Part shown: positions 1-9,532 of the stretch, in pieces | Layout: each line of letters begins with the position of its first letter | How positions within the stretch are numbered: position 1 is the stretch's first letter | DNA from: Chiloscyllium plagiosum | Lineage: Eukaryota | Direction of reading: 5' to 3' | Assembly: GCF_004010195.1 (NCBI RefSeq) | Contig: NC_057749.1 | Location: 10,125,043 to 10,145,042, forward strand | DNA: 20,000 nt | The notes under the pieces: model-generated | What the model was told of the DNA's origin: nothing | Seen by the model: only the letters and a program-made list of their open reading frames with translations | The model's database searches: none | Position numbers and translations under genes: made by a program

Positions 1-155
1 TTTTCTGACAATCGATTGATGGTTATCATTCCAGATGTTTATTGAATCCAAATTCCACCATCTCCCATGGCTGGATTTGAACCCAGCTGCCCAGAGCATT
101 ACCTGGGTCCCTGGATTAACAGTCCAGCAATAATATCACGAGGCCGTTGCCTCCC
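1..155 (-). mobile_element. tRNA-derived SINE, 5' part (probably DeuSINE/SacSINE1-like)
   Basis: Minus strand starts ggggaggcaacggcc...gggttcaaatcc (pol III B-box-like); homologous to the right half of 13676-13950. Family name from recall only. Confidence 0.6.
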
Positions 156-312
156 CGAAACTCGAGTAGAAGTCCCCTCTTTGTTTCTATCCACACACGG
201 TAAGACATCAGTAAAAGGGGTGCAGCTAGTGTAACATTAACACTGACCTTCAGAACCAATGCCTAGTACAAAGATTCTCTCTACACATCATTCCATTATA
301 TATCACACATTC

Positions 313-396
313 AGTAAATGCTGAAGAAACTTAGCAGATCTGGCAGCATCTGCAGAGAGAGAAGTAGATCCAGTGTTTCGGGTCAGAACTTCATCA
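313..396 (-). mobile_element. Degenerate Penelope-like terminal repeat fragment with decayed hammerhead motif
   Basis: gctgaagaaacttagcagatctggcagcatc...gtttcgggtc...cttcatca resembles the terminal repeats at 3587, 14918, 16942 and 19864. Confidence 0.55.
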
Positions 397-631
397 TTTT
401 TTATTTTTCTTGTATGGCCAATCCTTCCTGTTCACTTCCAAATTCACATTTCAAATCGTGGTTTGACCTTCTCTCGAAGGTCTGTATCTCTCATCCAGTT
501 AATAAGCAGAAGGCAAACACATATTTCATACCAACGTGGGGCCAGTATAAAGGTGACCTGTCCTAAGATAATAACCAGTGGTTTACTCTTGCATTGATGT
601 ACTGAGTGTCGAGGTGTTTGCTCCACTGCAG

Positions 632-791
632 GTGATAGGGTCGCCATTGAGCCCGGAATCCCCAGAGAAATTGACGAACATTGCCGAACTGGGCGTTACA
701 ACCTCTCGCCAACAATCTTCTTCTCTGCTACCCCTCCCGATGATGGGAACCTTTGCCAATACAATACCCACGATGCCAGCTACTGTTACAA
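632..791 (+). CDS. SORD: Sorbitol dehydrogenase, internal exon (human exon 4 equivalent)
   Basis: ctgcAG|GT GAT AGG...TAC AA|GTgagc; 160 nt; translates (G)[52 protein letters not shown](K), recognisably SORD. Not captured in frame by the ORF track. Confidence 0.96.
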
Positions 792-954
792 GTGAGCATC
801 TGTTTCATGTAATAATATATTTATGAAGATCCTTGGGCAGCTTTGTGTTAAAGAGTGAGAATTGGTTATGTACAGCTTGGGGACTAACCACTCCACAAGA
901 GGAGGGGGGACGGTGAGGAAGCAGGTCTTCTGCAAACTATGACAATTTGAACAT

Positions 955-1637
955 TTGACGTCTCTGGAACTATACTTGGTGGAGTTTAGAAGGATGAGGA
1001 GGGATCTAGTTGAAACTTACAGTTTACTGAACAGCCTGGACAGAGTGGACATTGGGAAGATGTTTCCACTGACAGGAGAGACGAGGACCCAAGAGCGCAT
1101 ACTTAGAGGAAAGGGAATAGCCCCTAGAACCGAGATAAGGAGAAATCTCTTTAGCCAGAGAATGGTGAATCAGTTGAAGTCATTGCCACAGAAGGCTGTG
1201 GAGGTCATTGAGTATATTTAAAACAAAGAGAGTTAAATTCTTGATTGCCAAGAGGGTCAAGGCTATGGGGTGAAAGAGGGATTAGATTAGATTAGATTCC
1301 CTAAAGTGTGGAAACGGCCCTTCAGCCCAACCAGTCCACACCGACCCTCTGAAGAGCAACCCATCCAGACCCATCCCCCTCTGACTAATGCATCTAACAC
1401 TATGGGCAATTTAGCATGGCCAATTCACCTGACCTGCACATCTTTGGACTGTGGGAGGAAACCGGAGCACCCGGAGGAAACCCACGCAGACACGGGGAGA
1501 ATGTGCAAACTCCACACAGACAGTTGTCCAAGGCTAAGAATGGGCTTGAGAAACTTATCAAACATGATTGAATGGCCGAGCAGATTGATGGGCCGAATGG
1601 CCTAATTTCTGCTCCTATGTCTAATTTCTTATGGTAT
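955..1637 (+). mobile_element. CR1-type LINE 3' fragment, interrupted by a SINE
   Basis: ORF 955-1221 (LYLVEFRRMRRDLVETY...RRNLFSQRMVNQLKSLP) is CR1 ORF2 C-terminus; 3' UTR gatgggccgaatggcct...ttcttatggt follows the SINE. Confidence 0.85.
1280..1535 (-). mobile_element. HE1/V-SINE-like SINE, 5'-truncated
   Basis: (gatta)n tail; core gggaggaaaccggagcacccggaggaaacccacgcagacacggggagaatgtgcaaactccacac shared with seven other copies here. Confidence 0.9.
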
Positions 1638-1705
1638 AGAGGTTGGACTGTGTGCTTTATTCTGCACTGCACTCTAGTTATCTAGCCAACTGAACTAATT
1701 GCGTC

Positions 1706-1835
1706 AACTGAGGTTACATTGAAGGTCCCACCTTCTCAACCTCACCCCTTCTCTGAGGCATGGTGACCCTCAGGTTACACTACTACCCGTTGTCGCTCTC
1801 ACGATTGAGACAGCAGCACTGTGATCCTCTGGGGC
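1706..1835 (+). repeat. Unclassified dispersed repeat (copy 1)
   Basis: ctgaggttac..tgaagg...cttctcaac...ctcaggtta.ac.ac.acc...gtc.ctctc aligns by eye with 18042-18171. Confidence 0.6.
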
Positions 1836-1837
1836 GA

Positions 1838-2268
1838 TCGAATCAGCCCCTTTGGCCCATCAAGTCTGTGCTGCCAAAAATAAATAACTAGCTATATTAG
1901 TCCCACTGCACCTGAATGTTATAATATTGCATGTGCTCATGCATGTACTTGTAAAAGGTTGTGAGGTTTCCCACCTCAACTATCCTTCCAGGTAGTGACT
2001 TCCAGACCCCTGCCACCCTCTTGGTGAAAAAGGTTTTCTTCCAGTCCCCTCTAAACCTCACTTTAAAATTATGCCTCCTTGTTATTGACCCTTCGACTGT
2101 GGGGAGCAGATGCTTTATTTTTATCTTGTCCATGCCCCTCGTAATGTTACACATGTTTATCAGCACTTCTCCCAACTTGCTTTGCATTGAAGCAAACAGC
2201 TTGTCCAGCCTCTCTTCATAGCTGCAACATGCTGGTGAATCTCCTTGGCACTACTCCAGTGCAGTCAT
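1838..2268 (-). mobile_element. CR1-type LINE 3' fragment
   Basis: ORF 1897-2187 (-): TRRHNFKVRFRGDWKKTFFTKRVAGVWKSLP, CR1 ORF2 C-terminal signature. Confidence 0.85.
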
Positions 2269-2467
2269 ACATTGTCGACTTCATACCTCAGTTCTGATCC
2301 CCATGGTGGGTTGAAGCAATATATTATGGGGTAATGGGATAACATTGGGAATTTATAAAAATGGAAATTTTGACTGCGTGGATGGAGAATGTAAAGGCCT
2401 TTTTCCTTGGGTATTAATCTGGCCTATGTCCTAAATACCCAGTTAAACACATATGCATAGCAACTCA

Positions 2468-2744
2468 GGTGGAGGTTAAGTGGTTAGCACTGCCACCTTA
2501 CTGTGCCAGGAACTTGGGTTCAATTTCCACCCTCAGGCGACTGTGCAGAGTTTTCACCTTCTCCCTGTGTCTGCGTGGGTTTCCTCCATGTGGTCTGGTT
2601 TCCTCCCACAGTCCAAAGATATGCAGGCTGGATGTATTAGCCATGGGAAATGCAGGGATAGGGTAGGGAGGGACCAGGGTCTGGGTGGGAGGGTCAGTGT
2701 GGACTCGATGGGCCGAATGGCCTGCTTCCACACTGTAGGGATTC
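2468..2744 (+). mobile_element. HE1/V-SINE-like SINE
   Basis: agtggttagcactgcc / gggttcaatt (A/B-box-like), central core, 3' gatgggccgaatggcctg...cactgtagggattc. Confidence 0.9.
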
Positions 2745-3586
2745 AACGTTACTGTGGCCCTCAAAGAAATAAAGTGTTGCAATTCCTGTGAGCTGAAGCG
2801 TTCTTGTTTATAAGACAGTGATGTGCCCTAAGCAAACAGTAGGTCTATTTATTACACTTTTTGGATTGGATTTCCACTGCACACCCCTGTCACATGATCA
2901 AGAGACAAATATTGTGCTCATGTTACAGAGCTCCAGAACAGTGACCTATCATTAGTTTTGGCAAGTAGGTACTTGAAGTAACAGAATATGCCAGTGTGTA
3001 TTTGAAACCAGCTTATCAAAAAAATTACGCAATATAATCTTTCAGGTTACTTTGCAAATTTTCCAACCAATTCTTTCAGAAAGGAAATTAAGAACAAAGA
3101 ATCTCTATGCAAGTTTTCACTCTCACGTGGGTTCATTAGACTAACAACATTTTACCAATTCTGTTCCTAAATTGTCTACACTCCTAGTGACATGCCATGA
3201 TTTAATCTAAAAGGGTTACCCTATCTTAGAACTCATGTACTGAATACATTTCCTGCTGGAACTTGGATTTGGCAAATTCTCACTGTACTGCCTAAGATTT
3301 CTCTTAAAAATGGATTTAATCGCAGAGAGAATCACAGAGTTGTTGCTGTGCAGAAGGAAGCCATTTGGCCCATCGAATCTGCACTGGCCCTCTGAATATG
3401 CATTTTGACTTAGTGCCATTTTTTTGTCATCCTGTAAGTTGTTCTATATAAATAATCAGCAGTGCCCTCTTGAATGCTTCAATTCAACTCTGCATTCTAG
3501 ACAGTGCACTCCAGACCATTGTACCATTGCAGTTCGACCTCCCTATTCTTCGATTCCCACCCCCTTAGAATAAGGGCCAATGTTCC

Positions 3587-3817
3587 ATTAGAGTGTTGCT
3601 GGAAAAGCACAGCAGGTCAGACAGCATCCAAGGTGCAGGGAAATCAATGTTTCGGGCAAAAGCTCTTCATCAGGAATGAATGAAGCTCCTAATGAAGGGT
3701 TTTTGCCCGAAACCTCAATTTTCCTGCTGCTCAGATGCTGCCTGACCTGCTGAGCTTTTCCAGCACCACTCTAATCTTGACTCTGATCTCCAGCATCTGC
3801 AGTCCTCACATTCGCCT
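3587..3817. mobile_element. Fold-back non-autonomous Penelope-like element (two inverted terminal repeats, each with a hammerhead motif)
   Basis: About 3587-3675 is an imperfect reverse complement of about 3687-3775; flanks atgttccatt / atattccatt look like a target duplication. Confidence 0.8.
3646..3673 (-). ncRNA. Minimal hammerhead ribozyme motif (core intact, helix II with one mismatch)
   Basis: Minus strand CUGAUGA-A-GAGC-UUUU-GCCC-GAAA-CA-UU. Confidence 0.55.
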
Positions 3818-4065
3818 GATATTCCATTTGCCTTCCTGAATATCTACTGCCTGTCTGTTCAAGCTATCTGAGTATCTTGCACAAGCGTACCCCCAAGTCC
3901 CTCTGTGTTGCAGCTCTGCACAGTTTCTCTCCATTTAAATAATATTCTGTTCTTTTGTTCTCCTTTCCAAAATGAACAACCTTGCATTACACTGCATTTG
4001 CCAAATTTTTCCCATGTACTTAATCTATCAATATCTCTCTGTTAATTGCTTGTATCCCTCTCACA

Positions 4066-4219
4066 GTCAAAAAGTGCGGTGCTGGAAAAACACAGCCGGT
4101 CAGGTAGCATCCCAGGAGCAGGAGAGTCGACATTTCGAGCATAGCTCTTCATCAGGTGCTTTTCCAGCACCGCATTTTTTGATTCGGATCTCCAGCATCT
4201 GCAGTCCTCACTTTCTCCC
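4066..4219. mobile_element. 154-bp ORF-less Penelope-derived element with perfect 15-bp target-site duplication
   Basis: TGTATCCCTCTCACA at 4051-4065 and 4220-4234; internal inverted repeat (about 4066-4093 vs 4156-4183); hammerhead motif at 4129-4155. Confidence 0.88.
4129..4155 (-). ncRNA. Minimal hammerhead ribozyme motif
   Basis: Minus strand CUGAUGA-A-GAGC-UAU-GCUC-GAAA-UG-UC. Confidence 0.65.
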
Positions 4220-4416
4220 TGTATCCCTCTCACAACCTACCTTTCCTCCTATTTTTGTGTTGTCTGCACATTTGGCTATAGTACATTCATTTCCTTCTTT
4301 CAAGTCACAAATATCTATTGGAAACAGTTGCAATCGCAGCACAGGTCCCTGTGGAAACCCACTGGTCCCAGAAATGAACCCCTTAACCCCACTCATGGTT
4401 TCCTGCCCATCAGCCA

Positions 4417-4722
4417 ATTAGATTAGATTAGATTACAGTGTGGAAACAGGCCCTTCGGCCCAACAAGTCCACACCGACCCGCCGAAGCGCAACCCACCCA
4501 TACCCCTATATTTACCCATTACCTAACTCTACGGGCAATTTAACATGGTCAATTCACCTAACCTGCACATCTTTGGGATTGTGGGAGGAAACCGGAGGAA
4601 ACCCACGCAGACACGGGGAGAACGTGCAAACTCCACACAGTCATTCGCCTGAGTCAGGAACTGAACCCGGGTCTCTGGCGCTGTGAGGCAGCAGTGCTAA
4701 CCACTGTGCCACCGTGCCGCCC
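4417..4722 (-). mobile_element. HE1/V-SINE-like SINE, full length
   Basis: Minus strand starts gggcggcacggtggcacagtggttagcactgctgcctcacagcgccagagacccgggttc and ends in (taatc)n. Confidence 0.93.
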
Positions 4723-4727
4723 ACGGT

Positions 4728-5075
4728 GAACAGGAGAATCGACGTTTCGGGCATAAGCCCTTCTTCAGGAATGAGGAAAGTGTGTCCAGCAGGCTAAGAT
4801 AAAAGGTAGGGAGGAGGGACTTGGGGGAGGAGCATTGGAAATGCGATAGGTGGAAGGAGGTCAAGGTGAGGATGATATGCCGGGGTGGGGTGGGGGCGGA
4901 GAGGTCCAGAAGAAGATTGCAGGTTAAGAGGGCGGTGCTGAGTTCGAGGGATTTGCCAGAGGTGTTCTCTGAAACGTTCCTCCGCAAGTAGGCCTGTCTC
5001 CCCAATATAGAGGAGGCCACATCGGGTGCAGCGGATGCAATAGATGATGTGTGTGGAGGTGGTGGTGAATTTGTG
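4728..5075 (-). mobile_element. Penelope-like element 3' fragment (GIY-YIG endonuclease remnant plus terminal repeat)
   Basis: Minus frame STHIIYCIRCTRCGLLYIGET...RFREH is a GIY-YIG motif; terminal repeat nearly identical to about 14970-15129. Confidence 0.9.
4741..4768 (-). ncRNA. Minimal hammerhead ribozyme motif (intact)
   Basis: Minus strand CUGAAGA-A-GGGC-UUAU-GCCC-GAAA-CG-UC. Confidence 0.75.
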
Positions 5076-5080
5076 AGAGA

Positions 5081-5183
5081 GATGAGCCAAATGCAGGCAA
5101 ATGGGATGAGTCCAGTTTAGGATATCTGGATGGCATGGGCGAGTTGGACTGAAGGGTCTGTTACCGTGCTGTATGCCTCTATT
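5081..5183 (+). mobile_element. CR1 3' UTR fragment
   Basis: Similar to the CR1 tails at 12241-12350 (-) and 17860-18018 (+). Confidence 0.7.
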
Positions 5184-5640
5184 CATTCATCGATGCTCAA
5201 TTTGAATGGAAGTGGCTCTGAAAAACCCTCCTGTGACATTTAACGCCATTGATTTATATGAACTTTTAATTAAAATCCTGAGAAGTTACAAAATGTCTTT
5301 GAATGAATAGAAGACGGACTCTCTTTAGTTGTAAGGCAGGATTTCCCTTGTGAAAGTTTGGGGACCTGAGCTCACTGCTGCCATGTCACTGTGTTCCACT
5401 GCACCCTCTCTCACTCTCACAAAGCATCATCCCCCTGCAATCCCAGATCTTCTCGCCCAACACCCCCACTCTGCCAGTTCACTCACTTAGGGACCATGAC
5501 GATTGGGAAGACTCAAAGAGGAATCAGGGTGGGAAAATGCATGGGTAACGCTGTTACCAGTGGTTGATTGTCAGTCTGTATTTGTCAGTTACTGACGCAC
5601 ATGTAGCACTTCAGTTTAAGGGAAATCCTTTCTGTACTCT

Positions 5641-5946
5641 CAGGTGGTTCAGTGGTGAGCACTTTGCCTCACAGCGCCAGAGACCTGGGTTCAATTTCTG
5701 CCTCAGGCGATTGACTGTGTGGAGTTTGCACATTCTCCCCGTGTTTGCGTGGGTTTCCTCCGGTGCTCCAGTTTCCTCCCACAATCCAAAAATGTGCAGG
5801 TTAGGGTGAATTGGCCGTGCTAAATTGCCCATAGTGTTAGGTGAAGGGGTAAATGTAGGGGAATGGGTCTGGGTGGGTTACGCTTCGGCAGGTCGGTGTG
5901 GACTTGTTGGGCCGAAGATCCTGTTTCCACACTGTAGGTAATCTAA
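5641..5946 (+). mobile_element. HE1/V-SINE-like SINE
   Basis: Reverse-complement homolog of 4417-4722; ends taatctaa. Confidence 0.92.
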
Positions 5947-6298
5947 ACTTGGAACTTTCAGAAATGCTGTTCTCGATGTTATAAATCATAATTACATGCC
6001 TGTCTGGTATTTCCCTGTATCTTGTCCTTGAAATTCAACCTGTCTGTATATCAACAAGCCAGACTTGAGATGAAATTACCTTTATGCCTCTCCCTTCCTC
6101 CTATGGTGCTCACTAATGAGGAAGCTAATTTCTTTCTTCTCACGGAAACTGGTTGGACTAGATAGACATCTTTACAAATGCAAAAGGCTCAAGGTTATAT
6201 TCAGCTGCTGCCTTTGACCTTCAAAGGGAAAAATTTGCACTTATAAAGCACCTTTCATCATGTCCCAAAGTGTCTCACTGTCAGTAGAGTACACAATT

Positions 6299-6490
6299 TG
6301 GAGATGCCGATGTTGGACTGGGGTGTACAAAGTTAAAAATCACACAGCACCAGGTTATAGTCCAACAGGTTTATTTGGAAGCACTAGCTTTTGGAGCGCT
6401 GATCCAGAGTTTTGCATTGACAGCCACCTGATGAAGGAGCTGCACTCCGAAAGCTAGTGCTTCTGAATAAACCTGTTGGACTATAACCTA
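6299..6490. mobile_element. Fold-back non-autonomous Penelope-like element (second family)
   Basis: aggttatagtccaacaggtttatttggaagcactagcttttggag is inverted against ctccgaaagctagtgcttctgaataaacctgttggactataacct; decayed flanking direct repeat gtagagtacacaatt (6284-6298) / gtaaaatacacagtt (6491-6505); related copy at 16534-16882. Confidence 0.8.
6425..6459 (+). ncRNA. Minimal hammerhead ribozyme motif (intact, sense to SORD)
   Basis: CAC-CUGAUGA-A-GGAG-CUGCA-CUCC-GAAA-GC-UA-GUG; helix I CAC/GUG, helix II GGAG/CUCC. Confidence 0.75.
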
Positions 6491-6760
6491 GTAAAATACA
6501 CAGTTGCAATGTGGCAACCAACTGGCACACAGCAAGCTCCCCACAAATAAAATCCATTTATGACTGGATCATCTGTCTTTTCTTTTTAGAAATTATAAAA
6601 TAAACCTTTTGTTTGAGAGTACAGTCGCCTCATGTCTTAAAGTTCATTTTAATGGAAAAGGCTTGGGTGGTAGAACTCTGGGTATTGTTGCTGAAATAGT
6701 GTTCCTGTTGTGAAAGAACTTCAGAGGGTTTTGCTACTGAAGTCATTGTTGGCAACATCA

Positions 6761-6970
6761 CATCTACCACATTGTATCCACCATATTGTATCCACCATGT
6801 TATATCTCCCACACTGTAACTATCCACATTGCTTCTGCCTCATTGTATCTACCACACTATCTATCCATACTCTTTCTTCCTCATTGTATCTACTGACATT
6901 GTATCTATCTATGGTGTATCTATCTACATTGTATCTATTCACATTGTACCTATTTACATTGTTCTTATCC
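6761..6970. repeat. Degenerate minisatellite, unit about 14-15 bp (cattgtatctayca-like)
   Basis: Recurrent attgtatc(c/t)a motifs; explains low-complexity ORFs 6710-7027 and 6820-7002. Confidence 0.85.
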
Positions 6971-7120
6971 AAATGGGCCCAGAATACTGATGTGAGCACC
7001 ATTGAATCAGTATTATTTTTTGCTTAAAAGATTTTTACTCCCTTTCTATCACATGGACATTAACTTACAGTGGCTTGGTAGTGTAGAACTTGAATATTAC
7101 TGAAGTAAGAGGGTTTAGTG

Positions 7121-7880
7121 GAGTCAAAGAGCCACACAGCATAAAAACAGACCCTTCAGTCCAACCTTTCCATATCAAACATATTCCCAAACTAAACTAG
7201 TCCCACCTGCCTGCTCCTGGCCCACATCCCTCCAAACCTTTCCTGTTCATGTACTTATCCAAATGTCTTTTAAGTGTTGTAAGTGTACCCGCATTCACCA
7301 CTTCCTCGGGAAGTTCATTCCACACGCAAACCACCCACTGTGTAAAAAAAATGCCCCTCATATCTTAAATATCTGCCCCCCATCCTTGGGGAAAAGATGA
7401 CTACCATTAACTCTATGTATACCCCTCATTATTTTGTAAAGTTCTATAAAGTTGCCTCTCAGCCTCCTTTACCTGAGTGAAAAACCTCCCAGCCTCTCCA
7501 GCTTTTCTTTATAATTCAAACCTTCGACACCCAGGAACATTCTGGTAAATCTCCTCTGAACCCTTGCCAGCTTAATAATATTCTTCCTGTAACTGGGTGA
7601 CCAGAAGTGAACTCAGTACTCCAGAAGAGCCTCCACCAAGCTTCTGTACAACCTCAACCTGACGTCCCAACTCCTGTACTCAAATGACTGTACAATAAAG
7701 GCAAGTATGCTAAAAGCCCTTTTAACCATCCTGTGATGCAAACTTCAAAGAATTATGTACCTGAATCCCTAGGTCCATCTGTTCAACAGCACTACCCAAA
7801 GTCCTACCATTAACTGTATAAGCTCTACTCTTGTTTGTTTTACCAAAATGCAATACTTTGCATTTATCCAGACTGAACTC
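7121..7880 (-). mobile_element. CR1-type LINE 3' fragment
   Basis: Collinear similarity with 12241-13045 (acagacccttc.gtccaac..., cccaactcctgtactcaa, ttgcatttatc). Confidence 0.88.
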
Positions 7881-8258
7881 TTTACATTCACCATGGCATG
7901 TGCAGGAATTACAAGCTTGAAAGGGAACAATAAATCATACTGAGTTGTCAAGCTAACTTTGATTGCAATGGAAAATGCATCTGGCAATTATGATGCTCTG
8001 CAATAACAAGGAACAAATCCAGGCACTTTTGAATTAATCAGAAGGATGGGGCAGAATAGCTCCCTGATGTGTTCTCTGGAGTAATGCTTTACCCAATCAC
8101 TTGACTTGCCAACCCCATGCAGTGTAAATAGTTGTTCCCTTTGAAATGTGACATTCTTGCATCTTGTTCTGATGAGGGCAAGACAATAAACCTTCAATGG
8201 TAAGTCACTTTATGTTTCAGGAAAGCTCAGTGTTTGTGCTGTTTCATTTTTGTTTCAG

Positions 8259-8377
8259 GCTCCCTGAATCTGTGAGCTTTGAGGAAGGTGCTTTGATTGA
8301 ACCCCTCTCTGTTGCAATTCACGCCTGTCGTAGAGGAGGGGTTACAATTGGCAGCAAGGTCTTCATTTTGGGGGCAG
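8259..8377 (+). CDS. SORD: Sorbitol dehydrogenase, exon 5 equivalent
   Basis: tttcAG|G CTC CCT...GCA G|GTaagc; 119 nt; (K)[39 protein letters not shown](G); phase continues from previous exon; contains EPLSV and the start of Rossmann GAGPIG. Confidence 0.97.
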
Positions 8378-8589
8378 GTAAGCCCATTGCATTTTGGGGG
8401 CAGGTAAACTCATTGATTGTGTGAGTAACTATTAGCACTGCTGAAAATTTTGAATGGAATATTTTTGCATTCTTCCATTTATTTTCACTCTTCCCCACCC
8501 CAGGCAGTCTCAGGTTAATGTTCAAGGAAGGAGGTACTTGGATTGGAGGTGCTACAATGAAGCCTCAGTATACTGATCCTTTTCATGAG

Positions 8590-9405
8590 TGGCTGAGTCA
8601 ACTGGGTCCATATTGTCACAAGTGTAGAAAAATGAGAGGTGATGTCATGGAATCTCTACAGTGTAGAAGTAGGCCATTCGGCCCATTGAGTCCACACCAA
8701 CTCTCCAAAGACCATTTCACCTAGAGCCAGCCCTCGCTACCCTATCTGTGTAACCCTGCATTTCCCATGGTTAACCCACCTAGCCTGCATATCCTGCACA
8801 CTGTGGGCAATTTAGCATGGCCAATCCACCGAACTCGCACATCTTTGGACAGTGGGAGGAAACCGGAGCACCCGGAGGAAACCCAAGCAGACATGGGGAG
8901 AATGTGCTAACTCCACACAGACAGTTGCCCGAGGGTGGAGTGAAACCCAGGTTCATGGCGCTGTGAGGCAGTAGTGCTAACCACTGAGCCACTCGCTGAA
9001 ATGTAGGGATTCTGAAGAGTAAAAGCTGAGAGGTTATTTTCACCTGCTGGGGAAACTAGGACATGGGGCTCAGTCTCCAGATAAAGAACCTTCAGAACTG
9101 AAATGGATAATTTTTTGTTGAGCAAAGGTATGAAGGGATATGGGCCAAGGCTGGTATAGGGAGTTAGACCACAGCTCAGCCACAATCTCATCGAATGGTG
9201 GAACTGGCTTGAGGGGCTGAATGACCTGCCTAATTGAGATGAGGAAATCTTCCTCCGCTCAAAGGGCTGTGAACCTTTGGTATTTTGTATCCCAGGGAGT
9301 TGTGTATACTCCATTGTTGACATAATTAAGACTGGCATAGACTAAATCCCCGATATGGAGGTGAACAGGAAAGTGGAGAGGTAGAAGATGAGTCACAATC
9401 ATTTT
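8590..9405 (+). mobile_element. Nested CR1-type LINE fragments, interrupted by a SINE
   Basis: gaaaaatgagaggtgat..., ggggaaactaggaca..., CR1 3' tail (gaatggtggaactggcttgaggggctgaatgacct) and gagatgaggaaatcttc...aagggctgtgaacctttgg. Confidence 0.7.
8645..8995 (-). mobile_element. HE1/V-SINE-like SINE
   Basis: Core ggaggaaaccggagcacccggaggaaaccca; head gctgtgaggcagtagtgctaaccactgagccac. Confidence 0.92.
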
Positions 9406-9532
9406 GTTTTCATTTTTCTCTCTTGGGTTGTCAAAGTCAGCATACTGCCTATCCCGAACTGCCTTTGAACAATCTTCTGAACACTTTCCCTTATATGCCT
9501 TGGTGTCATGTTTTGAATTTACAATGCTTTTA

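Larger units (their letters stand above)
3325..4416 (-). mobile_element. Decayed CR1-type LINE (3' end plus RT fragment) hosting two small insertions
   Basis: ORF 4208-4417 (-): SGFPQGPVL...IAKCADNTKIGG (PQG and decayed FADDTK RT motifs); CR1-like 3' tail near 3330-3400. Confidence 0.75.

Noticed and set aside
578..826. 82-aa + strand ORF and 62-aa - strand ORF overlapping exon 4
   Set aside because: Alternative-frame shadows of the real SORD exon with no independent homology.
4640..4722. tRNA-like sequence with A/B boxes
   Set aside because: It is the tRNA-derived head of a SINE, continuing into SINE body and tail; no standalone cloverleaf supported.
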